Positions 17,880 through 25,511 of a stretch of DNA of 59,805 nt are shown here, one piece after another. Source of the stretch: an uncultured Desulfovibrionaceae bacterium (GTDB lineage: Bacteria; Desulfobacterota; Desulfovibrionia; Desulfovibrionales; Desulfovibrionaceae); contig CAZFCK010000001.1 of NCBI GenBank assembly GCA_964517355.1, positions 1 through 59,805 of the forward strand. The letters run 5' to 3'. Position numbers and translations under genes: made by a program. Within the stretch, counting starts at the first letter, position 1. Every line of letters starts with the position of its first letter. The notes beneath the pieces are model-generated. The model was given only the letters and a program-made list of their open reading frames with translations. It did no database searches and had not been told where the DNA came from.

Positions 17880-17968
17880 TCCGCCTGCGGGGTGCGGTGG
17901 GAAGAGATGGTCTGCGGCAAGGGCCCCCCGCTAAGAGAGCCCTATTCCATGAAGTGCCGCGGGCAGCC

Positions 17969-19228
17969 TCAGGCCCCGTGCGGTTGTTGGAAAAACACGC
18001 TGGCCCAGGCTATGGATTCGTAATATGCTTGCGCAGTGTCGGTGGGTTCCAGCTCCAGTTGGGATAAAAGCGAATCCAAGGTGTCCCAGTCTGCGTTTTC
18101 AAAGGATTTTGCTATGCGCAACCACGGGGTGTATTGAGTGTCTTCCCCGCAAAGCGCGGCTTTAAAGGAATCTTCCAGTGCGAGATTTTTGACGATCATA
18201 GGCATGGGCAGTGAGAGCATCGGTTCCAGAAGTGAAAACAGGCCCAGGAGGAAAAGACTGTCCGGAGACGGAACCGAGTTTTTTTGTCTCTGCGCCGCCA
18301 GCTGAAAAAATTTACCCCTTTGCACGGATATGTAGGGCAGTTCGGAAGTTTTTTCCCTAGGGGTCAAATCACGCAGAATAACCACCCGCAGCCAGTTTTT
18401 CAGTTGCTTCCACCCCAGCATGAGCAGCGCCTGTTTGATGGATTTTATCCGTTCGCGCAGACCAAAGGCCGGAGAATTCAAATAAGAAAGCAGGCTGTAG
18501 CTTATGGCCACGTCCGCCTGAATGGTTTCCGTCATCTTGTCGAAATCTGGTTCTTCCTGCTCAATGAGGGCGAAAAGTTGCAGGCGCGACATCTGGTTGG
18601 GCGCGAGCTTTCTGCCTTCCACGATTTCAGGCTCATAAAAAAAGAATCCTTGAAACAGTGTGAAATCCAGGTTTTTCGCGGTTTGAAATTGCGTATGTTC
18701 TTCTATGTTTTTGGCGATGAGCAGATGGTCTCCATCCCGCGCGCTATCCACCAGCCGCGATACATCCGTGATGCTTTTATTTTTCACATCGATCTTGAGA
18801 ATGGAGGCCACGTCCAGCAGTGGTTCACAACCCGGAACACCCTCGTATCCGTCGATGGCGATAGTATAGCCGTCTCGCTTGAGTTGTTGCAGACATTCCA
18901 AATATCCATCCAAAGTGGGAGGAATTTCGGGGATTTCAACAACAGTGCCCGGCGCGGGCAGGGCGTGAGGTATCCTTTCGAGGATTGATTTTTCTGAAAA
19001 GTTAATCAGCAGCTTGCTGTTTTTGGAATAGTTCATCTGCTGACAGGAGGCACATGCCGCTACCGTGAGTGTCGCGCTTTCCTCGTCCGAAAAAATGGCT
19101 GCCGTGGCATCGCTGGAATGGCGGTAGAGAAGTTCGTACCCCCACACGGCTTGTCTGACGTCGAAAATGGGCTGCCGTGCGATGAAAGTGGGAACGAACA
19201 AAGCCTCGGGTACAGCGTTATCGATCAT
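17969..19228 (-). CDS. EAL-like plus HDOD domain signalling protein (YuxH/COG3434-type)
   Basis: ARQPIFDVRQAVWGYELLYR..LLINFSE..VVEIPE..IAIDGYEG..ILKIDV (EAL-like, with DDFG changed to DGYEG). The C-terminus is HDOD-like. aaggag SD 6 nt before the ATG at 19228. Confidence 0.8.
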   Translation of the reverse strand: MIDNAVPEALFVPTFIARQPIFDVRQAVWGYELLYRHSSDATAAIFSDEESATLTVAACASCQQMNYSKNSKLLINFSEKSILERIPHALPAPGTVVEIPEIPPTLDGYLECLQQLKRDGYTIAIDGYEGVPGCEPLLDVASILKIDVKNKSITDVSRLVDSARDGDHLLIAKNIEEHTQFQTAKNLDFTLFQGFFFYEPEIVEGRKLAPNQMSRLQLFALIEQEEPDFDKMTETIQADVAISYSLLSYLNSPAFGLRERIKSIKQALLMLGWKQLKNWLRVVILRDLTPREKTSELPYISVQRGKFFQLAAQRQKNSVPSPDSLFLLGLFSLLEPMLSLPMPMIVKNLALEDSFKAALCGEDTQYTPWLRIAKSFENADWDTLDSLLSQLELEPTDTAQAYYESIAWASVFFQQPHGA

Positions 19229-19607
19229 GACGATCTCCTTGGAAAATCGGCAACGTATTGCCGTAACTGGCATTTTGTTTCAGAAAGTTGTCGTATAAGA
19301 TGTGATGTATTCTTACGCTGTCGTCTGTGAGGAGGCAAGATGGTTATTTGCCTGCCTGGAAACCGTTCATGGTCTGCGAGACTGTCTTAAACGACCGTGT
19401 CTGGCATTCTGCCGGCATCACAGAGTCGTCATCCAAGTATTGGAGAATGTTTTTCATCGCAACCAAATGTTTGTTTTCGCCCCAGAGTCGGCGCATGACG
19501 ACTACCTTCAATGGTTGGCGTTTTGAGAAAAGGTTTCATTCTGGACCTTCTATCATAGTTTTTTGTTTCTGCTTAGATCAAAAATTTTTTTGAAAATGGT
19601 CAATATT

Positions 19608-19664
19608 GAGGCTCCGCCCCAAGCCCCGCCAGGGGGGAACGCCCCCTTGGACCCGCGGATAATG
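19608..19664 (+). repeat. R2 GC-rich repeat
   Basis: gaggctccgccccaagccccgccaggggggaacgcccccttggacccgcggataatg. Confidence 0.85.
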
Positions 19665-19758
19665 AAACCTTCCCGGTGAGTGCGTTTCCTGATCACTACA
19701 GGTAATGAGTGATATTGCTCGCAACATGAGAATCAACAACAATGCGTTTCGATGGGGC

Positions 19759-21033
19759 TCAATAGAAAAAAATGTTGCGGAGCACGTGGATTTGATTTTT
19801 CGCCTGCTCCATGATCGTTCCCAAAGATGCGGGAGACAGGTCGAGGGATTGCCAGGCTTTGCTGTGCAGCTGTTGGACAGGCGCGCATTGTCCTTCGCAA
19901 CAATTGAAAGCCGTAGCCAGCGACTCAGCCACATGTATAATGGCCTGTTCAGTTATGGGAATGGCCTCGCCTGTCGTATGGTGATGGCGCACGGTGTGGG
20001 TCAACGATTCAGGAAATCTCCACTTTTCCAGCAAGGCGCCGCCGACGCTGCTGTGGTCGAATCCCAATACGTCACGCTCCACTTCGTCTAGGGGCAATTT
20101 GTGCGCCTGAGCATAGCGCAGGATATTGCTTTCGAGCTGCGGTTCGCATTGCAGGAGGAACAATAAGCCAACATCATGGAGCAACCCCGCCACAAAAAAA
20201 CGCTCATCCGAGAGTCCCGTTTTAACAACAGCAAGTAATCGAGCCATAATGGCGCATGCGGTGGAATGGAGCCAGAACGTCCGCATATCGTAGAGTTCCA
20301 TGGGGATATCTTTGAAGGCGCTGGCGGCGGATATGCCGATCATCAGGGTGCAGAGCTCGTTGCCTCCGAGCAGCGCCACTGCATGGGTAATGCTCTCAAC
20401 CTGAGAGGGGAAGCCGTAGAGCGGGCTGTTCACAAGTTGTAACAGTTTGGTTGCGAGGGCCGTGTCACACTCCACCACTTGTGCGACATCCTTTGCTGAA
20501 CTGCGTGGCGAGTGCAACAGGTCGTTAATGCGCTGGTAGGCGTCGGGAAAAGAGGCTAATGGAATCGGCTTGCGTATGAGTTGGTCCAGATCGATTTTCT
20601 TACGGACAGTTGGCAGTGACAGAGGCGCTTCAGGAGAGCGACCGGCGCAACAATCATGCTTCGGCATGACGCCGGTTTTCGCACAATGTTGCGCAACCTT
20701 GAGCAGACAATGCCGATAGATTTCCTGCATGGGCTCCTGGCTCAGTCCGGAATGAAGAAACCAGGGGCCTAGATAATCATCGGCTTTTTGGAATATATGG
20801 GGATCGATTTCAACGAAGTCGGCTAACCGTGCTTCAACGGCCTCCGCATCGCGCACATCAACGGCGTCAACTCCCCAGATCTTGAAAATCCTGAGATGTT
20901 TCTCCTCGATAACAGCGCCTTCGGGCAACAGCAACCGTCCCTGGCGACTGTAGAGGTCATTGCCCAGGACCATGCCTTCCGTCAATTCAGTGGATTTTAA
21001 CAAACTCAAAGGATTAGCCTTCCTATTCCCCAA
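19759..21033 (-). CDS. HDOD domain protein with an HD-GYP-associated N-terminal (DUF3391-like) module
   Basis: N-terminus STELTEGMVLGNDLYSRQGRLLLPEGAVIEEKHLRIFKIWGVDAVDV. HDOD core LASFPDAYQRINDLLHSPRSSAKDVAQVVECDTALATKLLQLVNSPLYGFPSQVESITHAVALLG..LLHDVG. Apparent TTG start. Confidence 0.78.
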   Translation of the reverse strand: MGNRKANPLSLLKSTELTEGMVLGNDLYSRQGRLLLPEGAVIEEKHLRIFKIWGVDAVDVRDAEAVEARLADFVEIDPHIFQKADDYLGPWFLHSGLSQEPMQEIYRHCLLKVAQHCAKTGVMPKHDCCAGRSPEAPLSLPTVRKKIDLDQLIRKPIPLASFPDAYQRINDLLHSPRSSAKDVAQVVECDTALATKLLQLVNSPLYGFPSQVESITHAVALLGGNELCTLMIGISAASAFKDIPMELYDMRTFWLHSTACAIMARLLAVVKTGLSDERFFVAGLLHDVGLLFLLQCEPQLESNILRYAQAHKLPLDEVERDVLGFDHSSVGGALLEKWRFPESLTHTVRHHHTTGEAIPITEQAIIHVAESLATAFNCCEGQCAPVQQLHSKAWQSLDLSPASLGTIMEQAKNQIHVLRNIFFY

Positions 21034-21168
21034 CCCTATCTGCCCCCAGGTTGCTCCCCTTTTGAAGTTTTACTTGAAGGAGAGTTTCTTTGCAAGAAAC
21101 ACGAAAGAATGTTGTACTTGCCCCTAGTTGGAAAAATGCGTAACTTTTTTGGCCCAAAGGTAGTTTAT

Positions 21169-22140
21169 ATGTCGGATTTACTGAAAATCAAAAATTTGAC
21201 GACCACTTTGTCCACGGGAAGAGGTTCCGCGGCCGCAGTTGACAGTCTCGATCTGCGTCTCGCACGAGGCGAAACCTTAGGCGTGGTGGGGGAGTCCGGG
21301 TGCGGCAAGACCATGCTCGCCCTTTCAATTTTGCGTTTGGTCCCTAATCCTCCCGGACGCATCACTTCCGGCAGTGTTTTTTTTCAAGGACAAGATTTGC
21401 TTTCGTTGGACGAAGCTTCCATGCGTTCCGTACGCGGCAACGCTATTTCCATGATTTTTCAAGAACCCATGACGTCACTCAATCCTGTGTTCACTGTGGG
21501 GGAGCAGATTGCCGAGGTCTTGCGTTTGCATCAGGGGCTAGGGAAACGGGAAGCTCTTGAAAGGGCGGCCTTGATGCTTGAACTCGTCAGGCTGCCGAAT
21601 GCCAAACGCCATGTACAGAGTTTTCCCCATGAACTTTCTGGCGGCATGCGGCAGCGGGTGATTATCGCCATGGCCTTGGCCTGCGATCCGGAGTTGATTT
21701 TGGCGGACGAACCCACCACGGCTCTGGATGTGACCATTCAGGCACAGATTCTTGACTTGATGCTGGAACTGCAAGCCACCAAAGACGCGGCCATTATGTT
21801 GATAACGCACGATCTCGGAGTTGTGGCCAAAACATGCCGGCGGGTGGTGGTCATGTATGCCGGAAGGGTGGTCGAATCCGCACCAGTGGAATTGCTGTTT
21901 GAAGAACCCTTGCACCCCTATACGCAGGGGTTGCTGCGTTCCATTCCAAGATTGGGACAAAAAAAAGCTAAGCGTGAACTTCTGCCCATTTCCGGCATGG
22001 TGCCGAGTCTGTGGGAATTGCCGCAGGGGTGCGCTTTCCGCCCCCGCTGCTCTCAAGCCGTTGCCTCGTGCTCCCGGGAGAAGCCTCCGCTGTATCAGCT
22101 TCCTGACGGCAGACAGGTGAGCTGTCTGCTCTATGCGTAA
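21169..22140 (+). CDS. Oligopeptide/dipeptide-type ABC transporter ATP-binding protein (DppD/OppD family), with no permease or binding protein nearby
   Basis: Walker A GESGCGKT, signature LSGGMRQRV, Walker B ILADEPTTALD, and a C-terminal oligo_HPY-type tail (PLHPYTQGLL..GCAFRPRC). Confidence 0.88.
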   Translation: MSDLLKIKNLTTTLSTGRGSAAAVDSLDLRLARGETLGVVGESGCGKTMLALSILRLVPNPPGRITSGSVFFQGQDLLSLDEASMRSVRGNAISMIFQEPMTSLNPVFTVGEQIAEVLRLHQGLGKREALERAALMLELVRLPNAKRHVQSFPHELSGGMRQRVIIAMALACDPELILADEPTTALDVTIQAQILDLMLELQATKDAAIMLITHDLGVVAKTCRRVVVMYAGRVVESAPVELLFEEPLHPYTQGLLRSIPRLGQKKAKRELLPISGMVPSLWELPQGCAFRPRCSQAVASCSREKPPLYQLPDGRQVSCLLYA

Positions 22141-22144
22141 TCTG

Positions 22145-22921
22145 TCACGCTTCGAGCAGGACGACCGCTCCGGGTTCAGGGAGCAGTACCTGAATGTCGT
22201 TGCAGTTCTGTATGTGCCGCAACACTTCACGTTTCCGTTGCGCACGCACCTCGCGCCGCACATGCACAAGAGCCACTCTCGACGCTTGGGCAAAGCGGGC
22301 GAATTCAATGCTGCCGGGAATCGTTCCATGCCCCGCGGTATCCTCTTCGAGGGAAAACGATTCATGGATGACGAGGTCCGCCCCTTTGGCCAGGGCGAGG
22401 GACTGTTGTGTGGGGCGCCCATCGCCGCTGTAAAAAAGGGAGTGCGTACCGTCATCGATACGCAGGCAAAGGTTGGGCAGCGAGTGATCCGTATAGGCCG
22501 CCTGCAGGCTCAAGCCCAGGGGCAGCAGGGTTGCGCCGGGTACCGCGGCCTGGAACTGGATGCGAAAGGGAAGGCGCGGCCATAGGGAGGGGTAGGCCAA
22601 TTCCAAGGTCCGTCGGGTGGTTTCCTCCACTCCTTCAGGACCGGCTATTGTCAGGGTTTTTGTGCGCCTCTGCTCATGAAAATATAGCAAGAGCGCGGGA
22701 AGCCCCATGAAATGATCCCCATGGAAATGGGAAATCCAAAGCATATCCAGATCCAAGACCTCATGTGCGCTCAGATGGCGCAAGAGGGCAAAAGGCGCGG
22801 TGAAACCGCAATCCAGCAAGAGGGTGCGTTTTGTTCCGCCCGGAGCTGCCTCAAGCCATATGGAGCAGTTGCCCAGATCCGGGTCGACAGCTTCACCAAC
22901 GCCGTTGAACAAACACTTCAT
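22145..22921 (-). CDS. MBL-fold metallo-hydrolase (RNase Z/PhnP-like)
   Basis: HFHGDHFMGLPALLL (HxHxDH) with later ..YTDHS.. and ..GHGT.. His motifs. Convergent with the DppD-like gene, with only 4 nt between the stops. Confidence 0.8.
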   Translation of the reverse strand: MKCLFNGVGEAVDPDLGNCSIWLEAAPGGTKRTLLLDCGFTAPFALLRHLSAHEVLDLDMLWISHFHGDHFMGLPALLLYFHEQRRTKTLTIAGPEGVEETTRRTLELAYPSLWPRLPFRIQFQAAVPGATLLPLGLSLQAAYTDHSLPNLCLRIDDGTHSLFYSGDGRPTQQSLALAKGADLVIHESFSLEEDTAGHGTIPGSIEFARFAQASRVALVHVRREVRAQRKREVLRHIQNCNDIQVLLPEPGAVVLLEA

Positions 22922-23028
22922 GCCGATTTCCTTTACTCTGGAGATATGGTTGCGGAGTGAATTCTTTTCTCCGGCTTCATTATCATATCATGACAACTTT
23001 AGGAAACGCTGATTAATTCACTGGATAT

Positions 23029-23068
23029 GCGAGGGGGAGAACCTTTCCTCAGAAAGGTTTCCCCCCGG
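23029..23068. repeat. R4-like GC hairpin just downstream of htpX
   Basis: gcgagggggagaacctttcctcagaaaggtttccccccgg. Confidence 0.7.
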
Positions 23069-23087
23069 ATTGTTTTTGCCAGGTTGT

Positions 23088-23948
23088 TTATCCGTGGTAC
23101 ACGCCGGCGGCCATGGCGCGCAGGCGCTGCACGCGCTCCTCAATAGGAGGATGGGTGCTGAACAGGCCGGCAACCCGCGAAGCGCTGAACGGATTCACGA
23201 TAAACATATGCGCGGTGGCTTCGTTGCCGCTACGCATGGGGATGCGTTGCGAGGCTGCTTGCAGCTTTTCCAATGCCGAGGCCAGTGACAAGGGGTTGTG
23301 CGACAATTTCGCCCCTGTTTCATCCGCCAGATATTCTCGCGAACGTGAAATGGCGAGTTGGATGAGAGTGGCCGCGATAGGGGCGACCAGGGCCAGCAAC
23401 AGCGCCATAATGGGATTGGGGCTGTCTTCATCGTCGCCGCCGATGCCGAAAATGGCGGCCCACTGGGCCATGTAGGCCAGGTACATGATTACCGACGCCA
23501 TGACGCCGGCCACGGTCTGGATGAGGATATCGCGGTTTTTGATGTGCCCGAGTTCATGCGCGAGAACACCGCGAAGCTCATCCATGGTGAGCAGACGCAT
23601 GATGCCGTGCGTGACGCAGACAACGCCGTGTTCAGGATCACGCCCCGTGGCAAAGGCATTGGGCGCATCTTGCGGCGTGATGCAGACTTTGGGTTTTGGA
23701 ATGCCCGCCTCTCGGGCCAGTTCCTCCACAATTCGATGCAAGGCGGGAGCGTCTTGGGGCGACACTTCTTTGGCGCCGTACATCGAGAGAACGATTTTGT
23801 CTGAAAACCAATAGCTCCCCACATTCATGACCAAGGCCATGATCAAGGCGACAAAAAGGCCAGCGCGGCCGCCAATGGCGCCGCCAAGAAAAATGATCAG
23901 GCCCGATAGCAGCCCGAGAAGCAGCACCGTCTTGATTTTACTGGTCAT
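23088..23948 (-). CDS. htpX: Zinc metalloprotease HtpX (peptidase M48)
   Basis: Four TM segments, HELGHIKNRD (HExxH), ..REYLADETGAKL.., and C-terminus FSTHPPIEERV. Confidence 0.93.
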   Translation of the reverse strand: MTSKIKTVLLLGLLSGLIIFLGGAIGGRAGLFVALIMALVMNVGSYWFSDKIVLSMYGAKEVSPQDAPALHRIVEELAREAGIPKPKVCITPQDAPNAFATGRDPEHGVVCVTHGIMRLLTMDELRGVLAHELGHIKNRDILIQTVAGVMASVIMYLAYMAQWAAIFGIGGDDEDSPNPIMALLLALVAPIAATLIQLAISRSREYLADETGAKLSHNPLSLASALEKLQAASQRIPMRSGNEATAHMFIVNPFSASRVAGLFSTHPPIEERVQRLRAMAAGVYHG

Positions 23949-23971
23949 CGCTTACGTTTGCCTCCCTCATG

Positions 23972-24002
23972 TAAAAAGAGCCGCGAATTGATAAATCGCG
24001 GC
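23972..24002 (-). promoter_or_regulatory. Terminator-like hairpin inside the htpX 5' leader (possible attenuator or thermosensor)
   Basis: On the minus strand: GCCGCGA-tttatcaat-TCGCGGC followed by TCTTTTTAC. It lies between the promoter (24027-24054) and the gagggagg SD. Confidence 0.4.
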
Positions 24003-24026
24003 CCATGTTTCCTGTTCTGAAATTTG

Positions 24027-24054
24027 ATTATAAGTCCAAGCCCGGGCAAGTCAA
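24027..24054 (-). promoter_or_regulatory. Near-consensus sigma-70 promoter for htpX
   Basis: On the minus strand: TTGACT, 16 nt, TATAAT. About 80 nt upstream of the ATG. Confidence 0.6.
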
Positions 24055-24249
24055 TACGATTGCCAGGCTGGTTGGACGAAAGGGAGAACGCGATGCGGCG
24101 AAAGGCGAACAGTGGTGCATGAGTCCTTCCTGGACAAACGCACCCGCCCTTGTTCGCAACTCGGATTAGGCCTCCGAGGCCCGGATCGCCGCTTATGTAT
24201 TGCGACAAATAAGTATATAAATTCTAAACCGTTACAAAGTTATGACGAT

Positions 24250-24585
24250 CTAATCCTTCAGGCCGAGCAGCGAATACACTCGTTGCGGATCCAGATGTCC
24301 GTGAACCTCGGCCAGGTCGTCGGGCATCGCGTTTTGAATGGTGCCGAGGGTGTTCAATGCGTCCTCATATTCTATCGGCTGTTCATTGGACAGAGTGGAC
24401 TGCAAACGGCGGAGGGTGATTGGAGTGATGTCCACGGAATCGGTATCCGGACTTGATCCCTGAACATTATTCGTGGTCTGGGATTCAGAGCGCTGTTGGT
24501 ACAGTTCCTCGGGATTCATGCCGAGATTTCTCGCCAGGTCCTCCAGAGCTGTGAGGGATGAGCGAAGACTTTCAATAGGCGTCAT
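24250..24585 (-). CDS. Hypothetical protein, 111 aa, acidic
   Basis: aaggag SD 6 nt upstream. Second gene of a sigma-54-driven pair. No family recognised. Confidence 0.65.
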   Translation of the reverse strand: MTPIESLRSSLTALEDLARNLGMNPEELYQQRSESQTTNNVQGSSPDTDSVDITPITLRRLQSTLSNEQPIEYEDALNTLGTIQNAMPDDLAEVHGHLDPQRVYSLLGLKD

Positions 24586-24615
24586 GTGTTTTCTCCTTGC
24601 GAGCTGATTCCTGTC

Positions 24616-24969
24616 CTAGTTTGCCAGGTCGGATGCCGGTTGAATCTTTTGCAGCAAGGCTTGATATTCTTCCGCTGAGGATTGTTCCACCAGAATCTGG
24701 GTTCGCAGGCCGCAACAGCTCAGGCGGGTCATGATCGCGTCGTAGTTTTCTTTGTCTTTGCCTTGAAGCTTGCCGGCGAAGTCGAAGCGTTGCAACAATG
24801 CCAGCAACGAACTCGTGGTATTGGCGAGATCGTAATATTCGGTAAAGAGGCGTTGCCGCAGTCCAACAGTCTTGACGCCTTGCAACACTTCTTCGCGCAG
24901 GTTTTCCTTGATTTTCAACAAAATGTCTTTGTGGTTCGCCGCTACATGCTGTGTCGCTGTTTTGTTCAT
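24616..24969 (-). CDS. Hypothetical protein, 117 aa
   Basis: Start moved to the ATG at 24969 (ggggaga SD), which is downstream of the sigma-54 promoter. The 83-aa upstream extension in the ORF track would run through that promoter. Confidence 0.6.
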   Translation of the reverse strand: MNKTATQHVAANHKDILLKIKENLREEVLQGVKTVGLRQRLFTEYYDLANTTSSLLALLQRFDFAGKLQGKDKENYDAIMTRLSCCGLRTQILVEQSSAEEYQALLQKIQPASDLAN

Positions 24970-25027
24970 GGTGTCTCCCCGTGCGCCCGGTCGTGAAAAG
25001 CGGCGCTGTTCAAGTTTGCCTTGAATA

Positions 25028-25043
25028 AGCAACAAACGTGCCC
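25028..25043 (-). promoter_or_regulatory. Sigma-54 (-24/-12) promoter
   Basis: On the minus strand: gGGCACGtttgTTGCT, against the consensus TGGCACG-N4-TTGCW. GG-N10-GC spacing is exact. Lies about 60 nt upstream of the ATG at 24969. Confidence 0.7.
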
Positions 25044-25328
25044 TGTACAAAAAATATAAATTTATACAGTTATTTGGGATTTGGTTTGCTGGGGAGGCAT
25101 AAAGGCGGGTCAAGAATCCGACAGGGAGGAGGTAACGCAACAAACCGAGGCCGCCGGCATGCTGCATTCGGGGGGGAGCTACGAGCGAATTTCCAGCGCG
25201 AAAGCGCATAACGCACATGAATGCGTCGATAGTATAACAGGTTGTTATGACGGTAGGCCGCTTGTGAAAAAACTGAAAGGAAAACTTGAGGGGAAGAGCC
25301 CTGTGCAGGCTTTCCCCTCGGGAAAAAA

Positions 25329-25406
25329 TTAGTTCGTGCCTTTTTTAATGTAGTAAAGACCAGCCAGCACTGCGAAAAAGCCGAGAAAGACCATGACGAA
25401 ATCCAT
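25329..25406 (-). CDS. 25-aa hydrophobic micropeptide (below the ORF-track cutoff)
   Basis: AGGAG SD exactly 6 nt before the ATG. MDFVMVFLGFFAVLAGLYYIKKGTN is one TM helix plus a basic tail. Lies 105 nt downstream of the AsmA-family gene on the same strand. Confidence 0.45.
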   Translation of the reverse strand: MDFVMVFLGFFAVLAGLYYIKKGTN

Positions 25407-25511
25407 GAGCAGCTCCTGATGATGGTGATGTGCGGGAAAACATGTTTTTTGTACAGAACTCCGCCGCTAAAAACAAGAGACGGCGCAAGCTGATTATATG
25501 GAGGGCGGATG

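Noticed and set aside
24616-25218. Full 200-aa version of the ORF upstream of 24585
   Set aside because: The first 83 codons run across the strong sigma-54 promoter and an AT-rich tract. The internal ATG at 24969 has an SD and lies at the right distance from the promoter.
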